Assembly: GCF_963676685.1 (NCBI RefSeq) | Contig: NC_092352.1 | Location: 4,588,001-4,652,000, forward strand | Length of the DNA: 64,000 nucleotides | Direction of reading: 5' to 3' | From: Mytilus edulis | Lineage: Eukaryota | In this document: positions 42,601 to 54,600 of the stretch, piece by piece | How positions within the stretch are numbered: position 1 is the stretch's first letter | How the letters are laid out: every line of letters starts with the position of its first letter | The notes under the pieces: generated by a model | What the model was told of the DNA's origin: nothing | Database searches by the model: none | The model's input: the letters and a program-made list of their open reading frames with translations, nothing else | Position numbers and translations under genes: made by a program

Positions 42601-45600
42601 TCAAAGTGTCATCTAAGAAGAAATTAATGTCTAGCAGATTTGATGGAAGTGTTATCTTGCAAGAAGGGACTGACCGATCAATTTTTACAAAGTGTCTTTT
42701 AATGGGAAGTGACTGCCAAAAAAATATATTCAAAGTGTCATTTAAACAAATTGTGAATGCCCGTCGGCTTTAATCAAAATGTCAACTTACGAGAAGAGAC
42801 TACTCTTTAGATTTGTTTTATCAAAGTGTCATTTAACAAGAAGTCACTATCCGACGGATATAATCAAAGTGGTAACCTATATAAAGTTGTTGCCAGACAG
42901 ATTTATTCAAACTGTTAAGTGACTGTTCGACGGATGTGTTATAAGTGTTATCTAACAGGAAGTGATTGCTGACAGATGTAGCCATGTATCATTTAACAAG
43001 AATTGACTGTCTGGCAGATATAATCGAAATGTAAACGTTATCTTACAAAAAGGGACAGCCCGACTTATCCAAAGTGTAATTTAACAAGATGTGGCCTCCG
43101 ATGTCGTTTATCAAAGTTTCAACTTACGAGTGGTGCCCGCCCAACAGCTTTCATCAAAATGTCATCTAACAATAAGTGACTTTCCGATGCATTTAATCAA
43201 GTATCACCTAACAAGAAGTAATGCTCAACAGATTTAATCACAGTGTCATTTTCACCAATAATACACGATGGTCTTGAAGTATAGATTCTAAGTACTGACG
43301 TTGTTTATCATCTAAATTGCGTGTTATAGTGGGTTTTTTATTTGTCTTTGCAAATTATTACTTTTACTGTTTACTTTATTTCTGGTAATATCTATTTGAC
43401 GTGTCTCGGTAATTATACATTGCGTTATTGTGCTATAATATTTTTTGTGTTCTTGTATTTCGTTTTTGCTTATGATTTTTGTCTATATAAAATTGAGAAA
43501 GGAAATGGTGAATATGTCAAAGCGACAACCACCCGACCATAGAGCAAACAACAGCCGAAGGCAACCAATGGGTCTTCAATGTAGCGAGAATTCCCGCACC
43601 CGTAGGTGTCCTTCAGCTGGCCCCTAAAATATGCATAATAGTACAGTGATAATGGACGTCATACTAAACTCCGAATTATACACAAGAAACTAAAATTTAA
43701 AATCATACAAGACTAACAAAGGCCAGAGGCTCCTGACTTGGGACAGGCGCAAAATTGCGGCGGGGTTAAACATGTTTATGAGATCTCAACCCTCCCCCTA
43801 TACCTCTAGCCAATGTAGAAAAGTAAAAGAATAACAATATGCCTTTTTGTTTTTTGTTGTTGACATATTTGTTTGTTTGTATAGTGATTAAGATTAAAAC
43901 ACAATGTTGACTGCTGTACCCCAATTTTTGACATTTTTACTTGTTATGTCTTTTTGTTTTGTTCACACATTGTTGTCAATATAATGAAATTTGTTGCGAT
44001 TGTAATACAAGTGAGAGGCTGAGCTAGCTATAAAACCAGGTTTAATCCACCATTTTCTACATCAGGAAATATCTGTGACAGTTATTATGCATATTTTTGA
44101 TGTGTTTCAGCGTTTGATTTTGCCATTTGATTAGGAACTTTTCGTTTTGTGAATTTTTCTCGGAGTTCGGTATTTTTGTTATTTTATTTCCAGATAGTGA
44201 CAGATTCAATCACAGTTGCATCTTGTTATAAGTGACTATGTTGCGTATAAATATTTTTTTCTGCTTTAAATATTACCAGATAACATCCAAGATTGCCAAT
44301 CATCATTTGTTGTTGATTTTCTACTGAATAAATCGAAATCTTTGACTTTCCACCAAAATTTTAATCCTTTTTGCTGTTGAAACGTACAAAAAGAACACGA
44401 AGCCTTTAACGACATTATGGAAGTCAAAGCAGTCTTCTTCATGCAATTCAATCTGCATCTACAAAAGAATATATTTGAAGTCGGAGATAGTAACATTAGG
44501 TCAGAATTCAAAGTATCAGTTCATGTTTGGTAATATTTAAATCATGTCTGATTTGGTAAGATGTTAAACGATTTAATTAGGTTTTTTATGTTCAAATATT
44601 TTGGCCTCGAGCATCACTGAAGGCTCATTATTTGTCAGAATGCGCATCTAGTGCAGTAAAATTGGTACTGATTTGTTATAAACCTGCACCTGAATGTAAA
44701 ATAAAAATACCAAAATATGCACAATGTTCTCTTCAGAAAGGGATTGCTAAAAACATTTAAACAGAAACGATTTTTAAGGAGGAAATGATATTTTTATAAA
44801 CAGTTCCGTTTTGGATTATAAAAAAGTCCAGATGGTGACACCGATTTTAATCCGAGCGCCACTAATGAGTCCTTCGTAGACAAAATAGTGTATTTGATAA
44901 CACATAGATTAATGTCAAGTTAGAACATATGACGAAAATTATCCAAAGGTAAGTTTAACACTGAAGATGTAGCTATATTCTAATTAAAATATTTATCCTA
45001 ATAAAGACAATCTTTGCACACACGTGCTGTACTGACAATACTAATACAAGAACAAATACAACATCCTTTTTGGTATTATATATCAATACATGAATTATGA
45101 ATTATGATGTTTGGTGCGTTCGAATCGATAATTTGGATTAACGTTAAAGGAGAAATATTCCAAAGTAAGGAGTAAGTAAAGTACGTAAATGCATGAAGAG
45201 CCATATGACCAAAAGGGACCTGAAAGAATAGCCAAAATCATCACTTTGCTTGAAACATTTTTTGTAATGAAAACTACTGGGATAAAAGCACATTCGTCTG
45301 TTGTAATATGATTGTTATTTTCTGGCAATAATTGATTCAAAATGGAACTGAAAACTATACTTACTCTATTTCCAGTACTTGAGGATTCCCAGGAACTGAT
45401 TGCGCATGTTGTATAAAGTAACTAACAGACTCCTCAAATTCTACTCTTAAATACACTAAAAATCCCATTCCCTCTGAGACATCTTGAGAGGTAACAGTCA
45501 GACTTCCGGTTCCATCATCGGTTCCGTTGAACAATTTACAAGCACTAGAGTGGAACAGATCATCCTCTAGCCAGTTCAAGTAATATTTTTCTTGATTTTT

Positions 45601-48600
45601 CATTTTATGCCAATCAATTGAGCTAATCTTAGCAAATCCGTTAAAAATGTTTACCAAATATTCCATCAAACATTGATCAGAGTCGTCAATGACAAGTTTA
45701 AGGAATCCTTCGATTCCGATTAGTTCTACTAACTGTGTTGCATTTTTTATGTAAGATTTAACATATTTAAAGCTATCCAACAAATCCTGCAGGTCATATG
45801 CAAATTGTTTCGATACATTTGCGTTTTGCAGCCATTCAAGTAGATTATCAAAAAAAGTAGCATTAGCACTTGCAGGCAACCCAGAAAGTTCACGTAATTT
45901 ATACAAACTATCAAGAGTCAACGAGCTGTCAGATAACCTTTCAAAAAAGTCGTCTGTATCCCGTAGAAAGGCTTCAGATTCTTCATTATATAAATCATTA
46001 AGAAATGCTAACATTTCATTTAAAACCAGTGTGTTATTATCTGGAAAAGGTAGGACATACTGTGTGTCTTTCAATTCGGATTTAGGTTTTGACTCCATTT
46101 CATACATAAAGTCAATATAAAAAAATCGCGTAAGAGCAATCAGATCATAAAGAGGCGCTGGTGTAGTTTTGTCCGGTGTAGTTGTCTCCAGTGCAGTTGT
46201 GTCCATTGCAGTTGTCATTGTTACAAATGATGTCGCTGGAGAAGTGTTGCTTGCTTTTGTTTTCACTTGGGGGTATTTGTCATGTTCAGCCTGGACGTAA
46301 AACTTACTTCCAAGCATGCATTGGGAATTAGAATTCTTTAAGCTATTTACAACGGTGTAAAGTGTAGAACCATCGATGAACGCGACTTTGTTTTCTATAT
46401 ACGGAATAAAGTTAGTTTCGTACCACTTCTTTTTATAGTCACGTATATCCTTAAACGCTGATACTGGTTCAATATTAAATTGCAGTAGATTATAGATACT
46501 ATTTGTGACAAAATTAAGACATATCCAAGTAAAAATAAGCCCAGATGGATCACCAGGGCCTTTAGTTAAACTAAACGACACAGAACGAGCATCAAATTCT
46601 ACGAGTCCTTGACCAATAGTCCTTCCGGCTCCACCTTTTATAAATGCATGTGGTGGTGGTTGTTCTATTTTCACATACATTGATTCTTCCATCCATTCTG
46701 TCATGCTTGCAGGATATCCTACTCTTGCATACAAACGATAATATCCTATTTCATGTTGTCCTGGGTTAAACTTGAACATAGCACTGTAATCATTCCCCCA
46801 CACCTGAACTTCGTTATTAGGAGTTATGTTAGTTATCTTGTATAATGCAAAATAGGTATGCATTATAGTTGCTGTTGTACAATTGTTTTTCGTCAGCAGG
46901 TATATATCCACTTGTGAAGAGGTATAAATTGACATAGCATTTTCTATTTTAAGAAATTTGTCGCTAAACATTTGGTATGTAAGACATGGAGGAACAACTG
47001 CAAAATACAATAAGTTTATCATCAAAAGGCATTAAAAGAAAAAACCCAAATTGAATAGAGTATAAAAGTATGGCAAAAAAGTAAACTAAAGTATCGAACG
47101 TCAAGGTAAATTCATAAAGTAAAAAAAAAAACTGACACAATTAGTAATAAGTTTTAGCTATCTAAATATTGCGGCCTTGGGCATCATTGACGAGACGTTA
47201 ATANNNNNNNNNNNNNNNNNNNNNNNNNNNNNNNNNNNNNNNNNNNNNNNNNNNNNNNNNNNNNNNNNNNNNNNNNNNNNNNNNNNNNNNNNNNNNNNNN
47301 NNNNNNNNNNNNNNNNNNNNNNNNNNNNNNNNNNNNNNNNNNNNNNNNNNNNNNGACCTTCACCACGATAGACTCACCTTGTAAAATTTCATTTTTAATA
47401 ATTTTTTTCGTCCTGGATCCACATGACATATCTGTCACGGGCCGTTAATAACAAAAAACCAGACAAATAACATTCGAAGGCATTCGTCGGGAATTCGGGT
47501 AGTGTTAATAATAAACACTTTAATTAGGTATTTTTTTTTATAAAACTATTCATTTCTAACGCTTGTCTTCTTTTTTTAATATGTTTAAGGAACCTACATT
47601 ATAGTCTAATAATCAGTTGCGATCAATTAATATTAATTGACATAGAAGCCTTATTTTGAGTTCAATATCTCTTAGTACTATTATTCCTTACCTCTGCAAT
47701 TTCCTTCAGTCTGATCTACTCCTATGCAGTATTCGCCTCCACAAATATTAACTGGATTATCACATTTTCGTGATCGTAGATAAGTACCAGTTCCGTAAAT
47801 GCCAGAATTAGTCTTAATGCAGTTCCCCAAAGCTCCCCATTCTCCCCATTGTCCTGCTACAGGTCCTAGTGAAATAACATAAACTGCGTTATATATTTTA
47901 CTTTATTGTTTTATCTATGTTAATGTTGTCTTCTAATGGAGAATGTCGAATTTCCTTTTAATTTTTTTTACATGTTCCGATGTTTTATGTATTTTGCGAT
48001 GTCTTTGGGTTATAAAAAAGACCCAAATCAATCAACTATTACATGATGCGTAATCATATATTAAGATGCATCATTATGTTTTACTAAATTAATAGTGGCA
48101 TACCAAACTACTCATAGGTAAAGGGACTATTGGTAATTTTAGAACAACTTCAGTACAACTGTGATTTTAATGATTAATCTTTAACAGTAGTTTTCTCTGT
48201 TTTTTTAACTGTTGTTTGCCATTTTGTCTTGTTATTTAGCAATGATATTGTCTATTTTGTCAAATTATGTTTTTTTTTTTGCAATCTTAGATTTACTCCC
48301 CTGTTTATGTAAAGAAACTTATTGAAATGTCAAAATATTATTACTCGATTGAACTTGAACGACCAAATTTGGCTATGGTGTTATTTGCTATTTGTTTTTG
48401 TTTTGTTTTGTATTTCTTTAATTTACATATGACTGACACTCTTTCATAAAATGAGCAATTCTGCAAGAATCTTTTCACGCTTTTTTTTCAATTCCAGAGC
48501 TCTTACCTAACTGCTTTGTATTTACACATCAGTCATTTCTAATACCTACCAGTATTACATCACTATTAACCGTAGTCTCTATCGCTATACTTTCAGAATG

Positions 48601-51600
48601 GAGGTATATACCAACGACTAAGCAACACGAACACCACCAAAAACTAGGGGTTATCTAAGGTGCTCCAGAAGGGTAAGCAGATCCTAATAGCTTTCAACTT
48701 TACAAAATTACGTTGTTCCTCATCTTTGGAAGTAGTTGATACGGATTTGAAAAGTTTATGGTTAGCAATGTCCATGATTATAACAACTAATCTATACAAA
48801 ATATAATTAGAATCAATAACAGAAGTATTTTGGGCCTCTTAAAATGGTATATGAAGTTTAGATAATGGAATGGAGTATAATTTAGTTCTGATATACTGAA
48901 TTCCTAAAGGTTTTTGAACAGATGATAACAGACTATAAATTGTCAGGGTGTGAACATGTACAGCAGGTGATGTATAATTTCTGTGACCATGACTTATATT
49001 TCGTCGAGCAGAGTGTTAAGATCATTAACATTATACCGATGGTCATTCATTCTAGAATTGAGTCTTTGTCGAGTTTCCCCGACGTAGTTCAGTCCACAAA
49101 GAGCACATTCAATACCGTACACAATTATGGATGTAGTACAAATTAAATCCTCATGACTGTGTGGTCAAGTTACAAATTGATGTTAATAATTTAGAAAGTG
49201 GTTAGTGGAGCATTTTGAAGACCCAGCAATATAACGTTGTTTGTAAGGAAACTTATGAAGTTAAGGTATTTAATACAATGAAGTAAGATCCTCTTCTTCG
49301 TCTTTGGTTGAAATTAAAGGAAACAAAGAACAAACCTTTGATTATCCAGGATTTCTTTCTTGGTAAGTGTCGTTGGAGTATATGTTGAATAATACAATTA
49401 TATTCAAGGACTGGATTAAGAGTGATCTGATTTACATACATGATGTCTTAGATGATACAATGTCATTATTGGAAATATACATACTCATATTAAAGGTCAA
49501 GACAAACTAGATTGACGAATTTCATAAATTAAAAAATCTACCCCAGAAGAATGAATCCAAGTTGTTCGAAAAGAAAATTCGGTTAAAAGTACAGTTTATG
49601 TTCAGATAAATAAGATTATATGGAAAAACAAATATACCGCGACTTTATTATTAACAAGTAAAATGTTATATAACTCTTTAATAAGTACAAAAATAAAGCA
49701 AGCAATTAGGGTAAACAGATGGCTTAGATACCTAGATATACAAGAAACCCTAAATATGAATTCATTTACCAATTTCTTTTTCAATATCTCACTAAAAAGA
49801 AATTAATAATATTTAGATGGAAATTATTACAATATATTGTTCTAACGAAAAACACTTTTATCGCTGTGGAAAATAACGAAGGCTGATATGTATAATCTTG
49901 GGGATCATGAAGAAAATTATCCACACCATTTTCTATATTGTTTATATTTGACTAGATTTTACCAAAACACGTAAGATCTCTTCAAAAGAAATAGTATTTA
50001 TTTGTTTTATTAAATTAAAACATCAAATATTTGGATATACAGTTACAGATAGTAAACATTACTTTTTTCAATTATTTAATAACGATACTTATTTTATTTT
50101 ATCTACAAATCATATAATGTATCCGAGCAGAGAACACACATTATTGATGTCTATAGTATATTTGAAAATTATTTAATAAGAGAGTAGACACAAATAGATA
50201 TATACTATATGTTCAATGTAATGGTTAAGTAAAAAGAATATATTCAAAAATAGTCTTATTATGAGACACTTATGGATTTGTATAAGTCTTTAAGTTGAAT
50301 CGGACGATAATTTCTCTTGATAATCAGAGGAGTGTCACATGGTATATCAAGAGAAGCTTGGACTCTTAGACATATAGAATAAAGGACTTTTTGTTTTTGA
50401 TACTGACTTTATCACAGTAAAATATCAGGTGAGCCCGAAGGGCGAGCCTGATATTTTCTGTGATAAAGTCAGTATCAAAAACAAAAAGTCCTTTATTCTG
50501 TTTATCGGTAATTCAAAAAAAATCAAAATTACTACAATAATAGAGAAAATAACAAACGAACTTCTTTTTCGCGTCGAATCACGGCGAATCACATTTGACG
50601 TCACAGGCTGCATTACGTCATTTCAAATTTTGTCACAGTGCAGTAAACATGGCGTTTTCTTGCACAAAGTATTGAAAAGGAATTATTGCATGTGTTTCAT
50701 TAATACTCTGCTTTGGACATGACTCTAACAATGGCAAATATAATGGTAGCATATCGGTAAGTCAGATTTCTTTATTTTTCACAAAGCATCAACATAGAGG
50801 GGGGATAGGAGGGTCCTGATCCCGATCCCCGGGTTTAAAAACGAAATCACGAGGTCCCGAATTTAAATCACAGGAGTTTGTAATCCTATCAATAAAGGGT
50901 TAAAAATATACCAAAGTCGACTATCACAGTAGAGCTTCTCTCGAAGAGCTCTCTTCGAGAAAAGCTCCTCTTCGAGAGAAGCTCTACAGTGCATGGAGCG
51001 TCCTAGAAAAAAAAATAGCCTTGCCAGACGTCATAATTATTTGGACTAGGAGCATAGTAAGTCAGAACATTAGAATGATACGGGGATACGATATGAATCT
51101 GCAGATTTTTCATCGATGACCACCGATCATCATTTTTAAGTTCAACAACGTCAAGTTACATAAATTATATTTTACTGAAACAGTGAAAGGCTGACTGTAA
51201 TTTGTAAATTATCTGAACAAGCTCGAGCTCATTTCTTGTCTACTTCATAATTATTTCAAACATTTTAATAGATGGTGCCCCGGTTACCCCCTTTTTAAAA
51301 TTTATCCCAGATCCGCATATATGAATCAGTTCACTTTTTTGTTCTTTGTTCTACGTTTTAAATTGACAATGAAACCACATCTTTTAAAATTGTATATGAT
51401 GGTCCCACATTAGACAAAAATGTCGAAAATGAGTAAATTTCATTTTTTCTAGCTTCTCTCATGCGATAGCGGTACCTTTTTGGTCACTATTTATGTGTTG
51501 CGTTTAAATATGAATTGTAACACTTTATAGTGACTGAACAGGTAAAACAAATACTTCTCAAGAAACAGAAAAGAAAACTACTAGGCTAATTGGAACGGCA

Positions 51601-54600
51601 CCAGGCTAGGTATTAGTATTGTATGAATAAAAACTCGAATTGGAAGTCTGTCGGCTTTTTCATGCATTTTCTGTTCACATTTTCACAACAAAAAAGGCTA
51701 AATAACTTTGTGAAAGTTCAAGTGTTTCATTCGCCAAAAATCTCGTGCGTTTCTGCGATAAAAATCACGCGCAATTTTGTGAATGAAAGGGGAAAGTAGA
51801 TCCTTACGCGTTGCATTCGCGCATGTCATTTGCGTACTAACCCAATAATTTTTATATCACGGCCAGTCCACTGATACTGACATTATCAGCGAGTACACAT
51901 CAAAGGAAAAATGTACAAATTACCGATAAAGCTTTATAACTAGCAAGCTTTGATGAATAGATATAATTTTGTTGTTAAAAATATCTGACAACTAAATGAA
52001 GTAAGCGAGTAAAATGCAGAATAATGGAACGTTCATCTGTAAACAATAGTTATAAAATTATCAAATTTTCATAATCAAAACCATTAAAGTTAACTGAAAT
52101 CAGATAATTCAAGGTGACGGAATATACATGTTTTATGTGTGATCTGATGACAAGAAAATTTAAGGGGGAATCTTTAAAAATCAGGTGATAAATAAAAATA
52201 CGATTTTTTTAGGTGAGTTCGTCGAGTTACATACGTATATCATTTTATCTGAAATATCTAATGGGTACGTTAGATCCGATGCTACATGAATCTTGTTGAC
52301 AGTGTATGTTTTCCCCTTTCGCACATACCATTCATACCCTTCTGAAAGAAAACTTCGTCAACGACCTGTTATGCAAAATGATACTAGTACAATTTATGAG
52401 AGGAAATTTGGTAAGTTTACTATTCCCCGTTAATTTTCTCCTACCTTTAGTTGCAAATTTTTCTGTATCTCTTCTAAGCTATCATCAGTCATAACAGCTG
52501 ATACTCATAATAATAAACCTTTGTCTATTTTTTTTGTGAAACTCTTCTAAATATTCTAAAGTCATGACAAATATTACTTCTTTATTCTTTTATTGTGTAT
52601 CTCGTTCTAATTCTTTACAGTTATACACATTTTTATTTACCACAACCTTATTGTTTTGTAAATGTTAACTATCTAATTACAATAGTTCGGCACCTCCATA
52701 ATTTATGACATAACTCTCTTAAATTCACCGTTATTAAAACAAGATTTTTAATAAAGAATAAGGTTTATACATTTTCAGAGTTAACCTTTGTCGGATTTAG
52801 AAAATCAAAAAAAAAGTCTCTTTTGATCAGATATATCCTCGCAGCATTTGTGGATAAACGTTTTCAATATCCGACTACAAATCTATTTTCTATAAATACT
52901 TACCGCATCCTTTTTCGAGTGTGTTTGTTCCAATATAACTAATACAATCTTTACCGCCATTGCATGGTGTGGGGTTATGACACTTTCGACTTCTAGTTGT
53001 TTTTTCTGTACATTTTTGGGAGCAATCATCCCATTCACCCCATAATGTGTAACCGCCATCAATTATTTCTAATTACATTAATGAATCATTATTTGTAAAG
53101 AGAACCATTCTATTGTATTCAAGATAATAATATAAGTATAGCTGACGTGCGTATTGCTACAATATGTATACATTAGAAATCTAAGTCAGAGAGGTAGACA
53201 ACTTTCATTACCAAAAATGTACGAATGATCTTGTTTCAATTCTTATGTAGATCGTAGATTTTGTTAAGTCGTTTGAGGGTCGTTCTGTAGAATAGTGAAA
53301 ACAAATTTGTTTTCTGGACTATTTGTATAAAACAATTCGCTTATCAAGAAAAGAGATCGGTCTCCTCACACACCTTAATGAAAGACGAAAAATATAGAAC
53401 ATTTTGAAATATGAAAACTTTAAGTTACAAAATAAACTACTACTCCAAACAATCCATATGTTACTTATAAGTCTTTTAAAAGATTCACAATAGGGCAAAA
53501 ACCATACATGTACTTGTCTTGGCTTTTCAGACATAAACTGTTGACTAATTACCTTAATTTTTGGATATGATATTGATATGTTTTTGCTTATACACATGTA
53601 AAAAAAGCAGAAAACATTTTCAATTGTTTGTTATTATGTTTTATATCATTACAAAGTAAAAGCACTTTTAACAATGTATTTATATGTTCCCAGATCCAAT
53701 ACAATTTGAATCAACTATTTATAGTGGTAAACAGTTAATCTCCGAGATTGTTTTCAGCCGAGAAATCAGTGTTTCAACACTAACATAATTTATGTATTTT
53801 AAGTATTCGCTTTTATTCTGTGGTTAACATGTCGAAATGCACTATAATTGTATTATTTATTTATGTATTTCTCTGTCCCTAGTGTTATTGCATTTATTTG
53901 TACTGTATTCCTGTCTTGTAATGATGTCATTTTGGCGGTATATTTAACATTGCCATAAAACTGCGAGGTTTTGGCTAGCCACAAAACCAGGTTCAACCCA
54001 CCATTTTTTTCTTAGAATGTCCTGTACCAAGTGAAGAATATTGCAGTTGTTATCAATAGTTCGTCATATATATGTTGCATTGTCGTTTGTTTTTTGTTGC
54101 ACTACTGTGTTTCTGTTGTTTCGTTGTTTTCCTCTAATAGTTGATGTGTTTCCCTCGGTTTTAGTTTGTAACCCGGATTTGTTTTCTCTCAATCGATCGA
54201 TTTATGACTTTTGAACAGCGGTATACTACAGTTGCCTTTATTTGAAGAATATTTTGTTAATTTGTACCACTCGTAACAACACGGCAGTTCCAAATTGTGG
54301 ATCAGAATCTATTTATCTTACAGGAGCACATAGAATCATCGCGAGTTTTGGTATGATTTGTGTTGTTCAGATTTTAGTTTTTTTTTTTAATGCAGTGTTT
54401 TGATACACTTTTGGTTGTTCTTTTTTTATGTATTGTTTCCATTGTGTTGACAACCCCTCTCCACCTGATGTGTTTTAATTGTTCCTTTTGTATCGTATAC
54501 AACTTTTGTCAACGACTTACCGTTTGTGAGATAACAATCTCTTGTCTCTGGATAGTAACTTTGAGTGTAATTTACAGTGTCCTCTATTACATTTAATCTT

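Noticed and set aside
47177-47438. ORFs spanning the N run
   Set aside because: Produced by the assembly gap.
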